Shown here: positions 1 to 10,300 of the stretch, piece by piece
Numbering within the stretch: the stretch's first letter is position 1
Layout of the letters: each line of letters begins with the position of its first letter
Source: a virus
Direction: 5' to 3' (one strand)
UHGV virus genome: UHGV-0311442
DNA: 64,000 nucleotides
Made by a program: the position numbers and the translations under genes
The notes under the pieces: generated by a model
What the model was told of the DNA's origin: nothing
Databases searched by the model: none
What the model saw: the letters and a program-made list of their open reading frames with translations, nothing else

Positions 1-2689
1 AGTTAATTGCACCCCAAACCATGTCTTGCGTCAGTTCGAACTTACGGTTACTGCCCGGTGCGTTATTGTAGTTACGCATCGCTCTGACCATCGCAGTATA
101 GATGTGGTAGGCAATCCTCTGATTTCCTAAGAACATCATTTCATCGCCGTTAATCTCTGGTAAAGAGTGGTCAGTTTGTAACAGTTCGTTAGAACGTTCC
201 AACAAGCCAATAAAGGTTTCCGGTTCACCCATTTTCCTGAGGATACGTGCGTGCATGTCGTCAACAAACGCGGACCGCATCTGTTTCAGCTCGTTGATGT
301 ACCGTGGTGTTAGGCCATCTGCATCACGTAATAAGTTCAGGTAAATGTCTTCACGGTCTGCTTCTGATTCGGTATAAGCAACCAGGTGTTTGAGATAGCG
401 ATCCAAACCATGCAGAATCATCTTCTGCTGATCGTTATCGCATGTAACTAAAAGTTTACAGTCTTGCAGTCGAATAATACTGTCGTAGGCATTCTTATCA
501 ACACGCTGCCCTGCGGGAACCAACTCGTACTGGATACCGAAATGTTTCAACATTCCCTGGAGTCCAAGGTAGAACGAGAAGATAAAACCAAGCGACAAAG
601 ATTTACCCATCAAAGACAGCTCGGTCATTTCGCGAGGCACTTTCTGGTTATTAAAGCCCAGTACCTCTGCGATAGTTCCCACCGGTTCAACTTTGTTTCC
701 GTTCACACCGTAAAGCATGGATTTGTCATCCATTGCCAGGATTGTTTCACTACGCGGACGTTTCGCCACTGGCAAAAGTTTGGCAGCATCGGCGTCTCTG
801 AGTTGTTCGTCGTTAAAGAAGTTAACGGCTTCTTTGTAGTCGAAGTTCCACATATAGCCGTTCGCATTAAAGCTGGCAATACGACGTGCAATCTCCGTAT
901 ACTGACGCGGCAGATGTTGCGTAGGATCGAACACATTTGCTAAACGTGCATCGGTGACTTCGGTGTTTGTCGGGTCAACAGCACGTGTGATAATCGCGTT
1001 GGTTAACCAACGACCGTAATCGTTCGCGACCTTATCACTACGACGGACAAAGTTTTTACCGTAAGCGGTAGTCAGTGCGACAGTATCCGGTGCAACCTTA
1101 CGAATCGGTAAGTCCACACGTTGCCGACGCATGGTGTATTCGACACCATTAGCTACCCAAGTACCGTCCTCGGTCAAGCCTGGGATAGAGAAGCGAACGG
1201 TTGTTGGCTCACCACCGACTGGCTGAACACGTAAAGTGTGGTGCTCGATAGTTCCTGTAACAGAAACTTCTTTTTCCACCGTGTGGTTGTGAACCGCCAG
1301 ACCCAAACGTTGCGAACTGGCGACCGCCGCCAGCACGTCTTTGGTCATCATGGTCTGGTTGTATTGTTTCACCATCTGGTCGGTGACGTTCTCGGCCCAC
1401 CCTTCGTCGGTAACAAGTCGCTGAACCTTTTTCGGCTCGGCTTTAACGACGACATCTTTCTCGTGAACAGTAAGCGCTTCCCCGTAGGTTTCTTTCGGGT
1501 TATACGGGTTAGGTAGCTGAACGAAACGTTTAGACGATTCTGACAGGAACTGATATGCTTTAGAACTTAAGCGGCCCGCTTCAGCTAAGCGTTGTGCTTC
1601 CTGTTTAATAATCTCGTCATGTGGGATGACTTTCTCGACAACAATTGTCGTCGGTTTGACGTCTTCCTTCGGTTCTTCAATAACGACGTCTTCTTTTTCA
1701 TCGAAGGCGTTATCGGATTCCACCACAGCGTCATTAACAACGTCGTCATCGTCGACAACATCAACGGTTTCTTCTTCGACGTCTTTAAGGAAAACACGCT
1801 CGTCGCCTTCAGGCGTTAGGAATTCCGCTTCGTACGCGTTAGACGGTGCTTGTGTCATTACACGCACCAGCGTACGGTAGAACATCCTGGCCATTTGGTC
1901 GTCACTTAAACGACCGCCGGACGACTTACGCATTTTCTCTACAACACCCATGTTCATGGACGTAAAGCCCGTGTTGTGGGTGAAGATAAAGTTCATTCGT
2001 GACAGCTGAGTTAAATCCATTCCCGCGAATAAGGAATCGGATTGTTTTCCATAAGCCCAAGCAAACAATTCTAATAACCACAGCAAGTTGAAGTCCTGGA
2101 ACTTCTCAATCTTGCTCTTAACACGGTCGTTATAGGTTGTTTGAAACTTCTGGAACGAAGGCAATGTCGAACCCAGTTCAATAACGAAATAGTTCTGACG
2201 CATGTATTCTTGCGTGTCGTATTTGAACTGGTTAATCATCAATAGTTGGATGTTACGCAATCTATCGTACCAGGCTAACTGGGTGTCAGGATAGTAGTAG
2301 TGCGACAACATCGGTGTGTAGTTCTCGATCAGGAGAACTTTTAAGTCTTTGCGAACCAGATCGTCTGAGGTAAGACGACGCATCGGGCGGTTTGCACGGT
2401 GGTAAGCAAAGATAGCACGTTCTTGCCCCTGAACAGGTTTGTTGCGCGGATGACCGCTAATACCGTCTTCCGGTAATTTAAAGTGGTGACGAACCTGTGC
2501 AGGTTTTTCTAACGGTTGAATAATCTCGAGTGTTGCAGGTGGCGCTAATACCACCTGGTCGAGATCAATGACATGGAGTACAGAACCACGTGGTATCTGT
2601 AGCTTCTCGAGCGGGATAATCCTCGGATTACCAAACTCGTCAGTTTTACGCACCGAGAAGCGTTGGTTAAACTGTTTAATGAGCAGCAT
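1..2689 (-). CDS. Large protein truncated by the window edge (at least 896 aa); probable RNA polymerase large-subunit fragment by synteny
   Basis: Uninterrupted minus-strand frame from ATG at 2687-2689 to position 1; absent from the ORF track because it has no in-window stop. Starts 10 nt after the stop of the beta-prime-like ORF. Product is inference from position only. Confidence 0.45.
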   Translation of the reverse strand, partial: MLLIKQFNQRFSVRKTDEFGNPRIIPLEKLQIPRGSVLHVIDLDQVVLAPPATLEIIQPLEKPAQVRHHFKLPEDGISGHPRNKPVQGQERAIFAYHRANRPMRRLTSDDLVRKDLKVLLIENYTPMLSHYYYPDTQLAWYDRLRNIQLLMINQFKYDTQEYMRQNYFVIELGSTLPSFQKFQTTYNDRVKSKIEKFQDFNLLWLLELFAWAYGKQSDSLFAGMDLTQLSRMNFIFTHNTGFTSMNMGVVEKMRKSSGGRLSDDQMARMFYRTLVRVMTQAPSNAYEAEFLTPEGDERVFLKDVEEETVDVVDDDDVVNDAVVESDNAFDEKEDVVIEEPKEDVKPTTIVVEKVIPHDEIIKQEAQRLAEAGRLSSKAYQFLSESSKRFVQLPNPYNPKETYGEALTVHEKDVVVKAEPKKVQRLVTDEGWAENVTDQMVKQYNQTMMTKDVLAAVASSQRLGLAVHNHTVEKEVSVTGTIEHHTLRVQPVGGEPTTVRFSIPGLTEDGTWVANGVEYTMRRQRVDLPIRKVAPDTVALTTAYGKNFVRRSDKVANDYGRWLTNAIITRAVDPTNTEVTDARLANVFDPTQHLPRQYTEIARRIASFNANGYMWNFDYKEAVNFFNDEQLRDADAAKLLPVAKRPRSETILAMDDKSMLYGVNGNKVEPVGTIAEVLGFNNQKVPREMTELSLMGKSLSLGFIFSFYLGLQGMLKHFGIQYELVPAGQRVDKNAYDSIIRLQDCKLLVTCDNDQQKMILHGLDRYLKHLVAYTESEADREDIYLNLLRDADGLTPRYINELKQMRSAFVDDMHARILRKMGEPETFIGLLERSNELLQTDHSLPEINGDEMMFLGNQRIAYHIYTAMVRAMRNYNNAPGSNRKFELTQDMVWGAIN

Positions 2690-2698
2690 TGCTTAGCC

Positions 2699-4318
2699 TT
2701 ATGGGTTCTTTAATAACGCTTGCGTTGCACGTTTAATCACGTTGTTGATAGGATTGATTTTAAAGTTCCCATCAGAATCGAACCAGTAGTTTTTCGAGTG
2801 TATCCAATTCCGGTTTTCCTCGAGCGCTTCCTGGGACATAGGCGCGTTAAACGACCCGGTATCGCCGTCGTAGTCACCCCCTAAGCCACCTAGACGTGAG
2901 GGGTGTGGTGCCATAGACTCAACGAAGGTAGGAACCGACCGGTCAGGGTAGCTGATAGCCCCTCGGGGTTTTTCAGTTTCCCAGTCATCTTCCAGTTCTT
3001 TTAAGTATAAAGATGACGTGGTGGTCTCCAATCTTATGGTCGATGAATACGTCGAGCCTCGGCCTGTAACGGGATAACGTGTAACGAAACCGAAATAATC
3101 GTTCCAAAGTTCGTAGCCCGACAAATAAAGCAATTCGACGAGCGTCATACCGTGGACGAATTTTCGGTCAAACGTTTTAGGAAGTTCTTCAATATCGTAG
3201 AACACCTTAAAATGTTTGGTGTCTTGGTAAACCAACGCAACGTAGTGGGTGTCGTCCAACATAATCGGTTGATGGCGAAGCTCGCGAGCTTCCATTCGGT
3301 TGATTAAGGATTCAATCCCATCGTCGGTGGTAAAGGTGTCGTATACACGACCACCTACTTCCAAGAATTCACGTTTAAGGGTTTTGGTGTTTACGCCGTA
3401 AAGGTTGCCGTCACCAGCACGGATGTTACCGAGGTAACGTTCACGTATCTGGTATTGGGCGACAGGGAGTAATGCTTTTAAACCCTGGTATAAACCAATT
3501 TTGGTGTCGGTGGGACGAATAGCGTCTTCACGACCCATGCACTTAGACCCCGTCGAGAACGAGGACAGTACGTTACGTGTCCCGTTCATTAATTTACGAG
3601 ACGTCACTTTACGACGTTGGAAACCCCCTTTACCGTCTTGGATGTTAAAGAAATACATCCAGATATCGTTGAAGGTTTGTTGCAGCTTCCAGCGTACGGG
3701 GTTAGTTAATTCAACACGGGTTGCTCGGTCAGGGATCGCTCTGGCGAGTGATACCAACCGACGATACATCCCGCCGATTTCTTCTTCCTGCTCTCTACCA
3801 TCTTGTCGAATTACTAAATCGCGTAAACCCGCGGGTAACACGAGAACGTATCGACTAAGACTAACGGGACGGAATTTCAAAAAGAAATCCACGGTTTCGT
3901 CACGTTGTAGGGACTCGTTACGCTTAGGTTTTAAATCGTTATAGTGACTGAGGAAGAAGTTAAAACCGGTATCTGCGCCTGGGTCTCCCGGCAAGGCCGG
4001 TTCGAAATCTTTTTCTTTTTCGCTCCACGTTGCGTAGCGTTTTCCAGAACAAATTTCTTCGTAGAGTTGTTTGAGTTGGAATAACGCCAAACACACCGTC
4101 GGCGAAATGATATCGAGTTTAATATCGATATAAGAGAAAGTAGAGTCTCGCGCTTCACTCCCCGTGAGTCCAAATATCTCTGTAGAGTAAAGACCTTCGG
4201 GGTGAAAGTTTTTTGTTAACCCCTGGAAAGTATCCGTGGTCGTGACGGGTCGTAATCGCGACACAAGAGACTTGTTTACATTGAGCAGATAAAAGTCAAC
4301 CCAATTAAGTTTATTCAC
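2699..4318 (-). CDS. Multisubunit RNA polymerase beta-prime-like subunit, N-terminal fragment (split gene)
   Basis: 539 aa, GTG start with AGGAG 8 nt upstream. Contains GGDYDGD (compare beta-prime NADFDGD catalytic loop), preceded by RYPVTGRGSTYSSTIRL and N-terminal EIFG...IDIKLDIISPTV resembling beta-prime regions. No zinc finger. Confidence 0.6.
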   Translation of the reverse strand: MNKLNWVDFYLLNVNKSLVSRLRPVTTTDTFQGLTKNFHPEGLYSTEIFGLTGSEARDSTFSYIDIKLDIISPTVCLALFQLKQLYEEICSGKRYATWSEKEKDFEPALPGDPGADTGFNFFLSHYNDLKPKRNESLQRDETVDFFLKFRPVSLSRYVLVLPAGLRDLVIRQDGREQEEEIGGMYRRLVSLARAIPDRATRVELTNPVRWKLQQTFNDIWMYFFNIQDGKGGFQRRKVTSRKLMNGTRNVLSSFSTGSKCMGREDAIRPTDTKIGLYQGLKALLPVAQYQIRERYLGNIRAGDGNLYGVNTKTLKREFLEVGGRVYDTFTTDDGIESLINRMEARELRHQPIMLDDTHYVALVYQDTKHFKVFYDIEELPKTFDRKFVHGMTLVELLYLSGYELWNDYFGFVTRYPVTGRGSTYSSTIRLETTTSSLYLKELEDDWETEKPRGAISYPDRSVPTFVESMAPHPSRLGGLGGDYDGDTGSFNAPMSQEALEENRNWIHSKNYWFDSDGNFKINPINNVIKRATQALLKNP

Positions 4319-4347
4319 GCTAAATCTCCTGATACGGATTAAACGTT

Positions 4348-7300
4348 ATGGCTAAAAAAGGTAAAGATGATTTCGATGAAATCGATCTTGATAACATGGA
4401 CGACTGGGACGATTTTGATGAGCCCCCTCGTCAACAAGACCAATCGCGTAACCCGGTCATGGACACATTTCGTGCTGCCCGTAAGTCGGCGTTGTCGACT
4501 ATCTGGCCCGAAAACAAACGTGATCAGGTTATTTTAAAAGGGATGCCTAAACCTGCGGCAGAAGCCTACGAAGGCTATCAAAACGTTAAAGCTGCAGGTC
4601 AAGACATTCTGGCCCATACGAAAGACGAGATTGAAAAGACGTCTCGCGTCGTCAAGATGCAAGCGAGACAGTTAGGTCCAACACTGAAACGGTATTTACC
4701 GGAATCCGTAACACGGAAAATCGACAAGTGGGCACGTAACGATCAAATCGACTATGGGAATTACGATCCTAAACAAGCGATGATGGATCGTGAGCTGGAC
4801 AGCGTGTTCTCAGGCGCACCGCAAACAGCGGACCAGCAACGTGAGGCGCAAGAGGGGATGGTTGAAGACCGCTTGCGCGACACGATTAAGGACATGAAGT
4901 CCGACGCACTGTTCCAGACCGTAATCGGTATTGCAAAAGACGTCAACTTAACGACTAGCCTAAGTCGTGGCGTGTTGTTGAATGTTCAGCGTAAGCAGTT
5001 AGAGCTGCAATATCGGACGCTGTTTGCTTTGCAGGATATTGCGAAACTCAAACAAGACGAGTTTGCACGCAACACCCCGGCATTAGAAGCCATCGTTAAG
5101 AACACGGCACTACCCGACTACGCGAAGGAAGAGTTTTCTGAAATTCGTTGGGCTAATGTAAAACGTAAAGCTGCGGAGTGGATGAACCCCTTACACTACG
5201 CAGATAATTTCATTGGCCAGATTCGCGAAAACGCGAAGAAGAAAATCTCGAACATCTTTAGTGATGGTCGTGGGATTCTAGAACAAGTTCTAGGGATGGC
5301 TCAGGAAGATGACTTTGACATGTCGGACAGCTCATCGTTGTCTCCTGACCGTCGTAACACAAACTCGCGCAATAAAGCGGCAGGTTTTGCAGGTGGTTGG
5401 TTAGCAAAACGTCTCCTACAACCACAGATCGAGCGACTTCAGAACTGGACGCGTGGCGAGCTAGAGAAAAACCCAGAAGTCATGAAACGCCTACAGTTGG
5501 CGAAGTATGGCTTTGGAAATTTGTCGTCTATTTCTAACTCGGCAATAGCGGGAGAAACAAGCGGCCCGTTAGCTGATCTGTTTCGACTAATGCACGATTT
5601 GGGGCTAGTTAACCCGCTACGTCGCGAAACGTTAGCATTAGACGATCGCTCTGCGGAATCTCTTTCTGCTGCGGCGAAGTTCGATCGTAAAGCTTACCTT
5701 AGTATCACAGAAGTTATTCCGACGTTACTGTCCGAGATTAACAAATCTATTCGTCGTGGGTATGGCGAACACCACGATCAGGTTTATGACTTGACCACGC
5801 GTGGTATGGTCGATCGTAAGGTTATTGGCAATCGTGTACGTAAGGCCGTTGCTAATGACGATCAGCGCAAACGTTTACAGACGTACATCAACGACACTGT
5901 CGACTTTATCGATAAAGATAAAACGCTTGATAGGAAAACACGTCAAGCGTTAGCGGACTACATCGAGTCTCGTGCCTCAGAAGGGAAAGCGTTCGATGTA
6001 GGGTCTTTATTGAAAGACCCGATGCACATGTATCGTTACATGAACGCAAACGCTGTGGAAGCGATTCAGGGTGTTTTAGAAGCCCGTTCTGCGGAACTGG
6101 TTGGTGGACACCATGAACTGAGTAACGCGATTTCAAACAAAATCGCCGCTATCCAGTCAACGATTCGCGCACGACAGGACACTGTTGATGCTGCGTCTGT
6201 GATTTACGGCGAGAATGCACTTCGTGATTCCGGTATTTTTAAATACGATGCGAAGAAAGACATTTTCGAGGTCGATAAGGACATTAACGATCCCTATACG
6301 TTATTTAATGACCTGTCGATGGGTAAGACCCGCTCTGGACGTTCGTTAACCCGTGAGCAAGAGATTCAGCGTAAATTGCAAAACGGTTCTGCGCTGGGTG
6401 ATTACTTGCGACGGATGGGTGCAGGCGCAGAGCCGAGCTTTGAAGACAAAGAACTGTCCAATGTACGTGGCGGTGGAAAAGGAGGTCGTGGTCGCGGTTT
6501 AAGCGCACGCCAACTCGCTGCGGTACTTTATGGAGAGAAATCCACTAACTTTGTTGAACTGTTAAGCAGTCGTCCAGACACGAACGCCGGGTTGGAACAG
6601 CAATTCGACCGTTTGATTGATGCTGTACGTAAACAGCCCGAATCTAGCATCGTGCAAGACATCCTCAAACACGTTAAGAACATGGATGAGGAAGGTATTC
6701 TTCTAGCCAGTTTAGGCGGTAGTCGTGATGACGGTGACGAACCTGAAAGTTCGGGTGAATCAGGCCGTAAACGTCGTCGTAAGCGCAAACGTATTGTACT
6801 AGGCGAGACAGGTTTGTTACGTCGCTGGGCTGGGGTGCTTTGGGATACCGGTTCTGGTGTAGGACGGTTTGGTAAGAATCTGTTCCTACGTGGGAAAGAT
6901 CGCCTACAAGCATTAGGTGGTTTTATTCGTGGGAAATTCTCAGGCGGTTCCTCCGAAGGTCCTGGCGTATTTAGCCGACTGAAAGGGTTAGTAACTGGTA
7001 CATTATCGACGGGTTGGAATTCTGCTGTAGCTTTCGGTAAAGGCGTTTTAGGCGTTCGCGACATCTACGATGAACGTGGTAACGTCGTATTACAAGGAAG
7101 TCGTTTAGAAGCTGGGGAATATTACCAGGCTGACCCGAAAACTGAGAAGCTGATTCAACTTAAAACTCTCGACGATATTAAACTGGGACGTGACATCGTC
7201 GACGAAGCGGGTAATTTAATCTTAGCTGCTGCTGATTTGGCTGCCGCAGGTAAACTGCGTTTCTACAAAGGCGGTAAAGTTCAAGCGCTTTTCCAGTACA

Positions 7301-10300
7301 TTTCTGGGAAGGCAGGAACGGCGGTAAACAAAGCTGTGACTTTACCGAAGAAACTTCTGGGTTTCATTTCGCCTAAAGCGGCTTCGTTGTTCGAGAAAGC
7401 ACGCGAGTGGTTAAATGAGGTTCCAGAGGGTGCAGAGAAAACCCGTTTACAAAGCATGATTTCCCGCGTAACGGGAATGCCAGCTCGTCTGTGGAACAAT
7501 GCAAAACGTGGGTTTGAGAAGCTCAAAGAGTTGGCTTCTGATAATCCGTTGACACGTTGGTGGCAGAACCGTAAGGAAGGGGGTTCTGGTGGTGGGTTTA
7601 GTGTGTTCTCATGGTCGAATGGCCGTAAAACTAACCACATCTTAATCCGTATCTACAAACTCCTTAACCGGAGATTGCCAGGTGAACCTGAAGATGACAC
7701 CTGGACAGAACAGATGGAGCGGAATACGGGGGCCAGTTCAGTTAAAGGATTATTCCAACGTGCTAAGGACATACGCGAAGGGTTCCGTGAACATTTTCAA
7801 GGGTTCCGGGATTGGCGTGGTCGGATGCGTGACAGAATGTCCCGTTACCGTAGTGCGGTAGGTGGTCGTCTTTCTCGTTGGGGTGGTGCAGCACGTGATT
7901 GGTTTGACCGTTTCCGTGGTCGTGCAAGCGATATGGTCGATACCTTCCGTGATCCGCGTTACGACATTGGAACACGTTATCGAATGGAGAGTCGTTTAGC
8001 AGGACGCGATGACGACGTTGCTGAGTTTTATCGTCAACACATCTACGCAAGAGGCAAGGTGTCTAAAACACGTATCATCGATGCGGCAAAAGAAGACTTG
8101 GATACCGTAACGGATAGCGCTGGACGTGTGATTAATAAAGGGAAACAGAAAGCCCGTAGCGTTGGGTCGGTTTTACTGGAACGCCTGAACCGAATGGTTA
8201 ATCTTCAGGAAATGTCGTGGTTTAATACCATGCGTGATTCTGCGGAAAAAGCAGGTGCTTCGGATGGTTTGTTAAGAACCATGTTCAGTAAGTTCGGTCA
8301 ACGTAACAAGCCACCTGCCAGTGATGAAAAACGCGATTACTTCCAGTTCTTCCGACGCCGTCGTCGCTCTAAGGAAGAGGAAAAGGCTAAGAAAGAGGCT
8401 GAGAAGAAAGGCGGTAAACGTGGGGTAATGGATTTCCTTAAAGGACTGCCGTTGGTAGGGCCGATTGTGAGTATTTTAGGCACAGTGGGTTCAATCTTAG
8501 GTAAAGTCGCAAAATGGGGAATCTTTAAGCCGGTTGGGTTTGCAGGTAAAGCGTTGTGGAACGTTGGTAAGTTTGCTGTGACCCGTTTGGCTGTTCCTGC
8601 GGTGAGTGCTGTCGCGACGGCAGCATCTGCAGTGGTAACTGCGGTTGGCTGGCCGATTATCGGTTTGGTCGCTGCAGGCGCTGCGCTGTCTTGGTTTGCG
8701 TATAAAACTGCAACCCGTGTGAATGCTCAGTATCTGGATAACATGCGATTGGCACAGTACGGATTTAGAGATCACGATGAGTGGTCTTCCGACGATGGCG
8801 CAAAAGCACGTTATTTAGAAGACAACTTGAAACCGTACATCTCTTATACAGAGAATGGCCAAGCACAGTTGCGTGGTTTGTCCGGTGACGACGTGAAGAA
8901 ACTGGCCGAAGGGTTTGGTACTAACGTAGAAGACAAAGGCGAAATGCTGGCGTTTACTGCGTTTATGTTACAACGTTTTGTGCCGATCTATTTACGTTGG
9001 ATTACGGCACTGAAATCCATGGATAATGATATCGCGTTAGCAGATGTCGGTAATCCTGCGAAAGTGTCGAAAGCGGACATGCTTACCATCTTTAACAAAA
9101 TGAAGATGACAAAAGATGCGCCTGCTTTTAAATCACTGACAGACCCCCGTAAAGTTAACCAAGGCTGGTTCTCTAAAGCGTGGGATTTCGTGACCTTCAC
9201 ACCGGCAGAATTTTTGTCAGGTGAAGAAGTTGTCGAAGCACAAGATCGTGTTTTCCGGTCTATCAACATGCGCCGTGACGATAAGCGTAAGGAAACAACT
9301 GGAGCCGGTGCTGTGCCTGAAGGACATAAAGTTGCTTCTGTGGCAGAATCTTCGCAGGTACTCGCGAAGAACGATACCGAGCGTAACGAAACTGTTGCTA
9401 AAGCTGAGGGTTGGGAAGACGGTACTGAACAGGTTCAAATTCAAGTTGACTGGAGAGCATTACCTGAGAAGAAAGATTTGGACGCGATGGAATCCGTCCG
9501 TTGGAAATCTTACGGTGTGAAATCTGTTAATGAGACAACACGTACCCTCTTTAGGTTGCTTGAGAAAGAAGTGTTGAAAGACACGGATATCAAAAATTGC
9601 ATTTATAAGGGCGATTGGAAGAAAGCAATTTCTGCGATTGCGCCTGATGCAATTGGTGGCCCAAAAGAGGAGCGTTACAAGAACTGGTTCTATAATCGAT
9701 TCTTACCTGTATTCATGACCTACGTTTATGGTGTAAAACGCTACGTACCTCATGCAGATCCGTTGGATTTGAAACTCACAGGGGGTTTCCTCTATGAGCT
9801 GGCACTGATGATGCGTGGTGCTTACAACATGAAAGGGGGTATCCGTCAGTCTGTGTGGGAAATCGCATTTAACCCGTTAGGAGGCGATGCGAATACCGAT
9901 GCAGGTTCAGTGAGGGAAGAATTAGCAACGCTGAAAGAGTTGTCTAAAGAACCCGATCTGGCTGTAAGGAACATGCTCAAAGAAACACCGAGCACACCTA
10001 AGCGTATGACATGGAAATCGCCAGCGACAAACTCCAGTGTCCATCAGACGAATGAAGATAACAAAGAGCGTTATAAGGGAATTAACAGCTATGGCGAAGC
10101 TTCAAACGACGGATACTTACCGAAAGGTGGTCAGTCCTACGGTACGCCAGGTGACTTATCACAAGTTGTTGGCGATATGGGTATAGGGAACTATGCGAAG
10201 TATTCCACTGGACAATCTGGCATCACCCTCGGTGAGTTACAAGACGGTGATTACAAATCGTTAGTGACTAAATACCCAAGGGAAATGCTTGGCAAACCGA

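Noticed and set aside
464-1880. Plus-strand ORFs 464-943, 1238-1516, 1592-1819 and 1626-1880
   Set aside because: All lie antisense within the long uninterrupted minus-strand frame that runs from 2689 to the window edge; they are most likely spurious.
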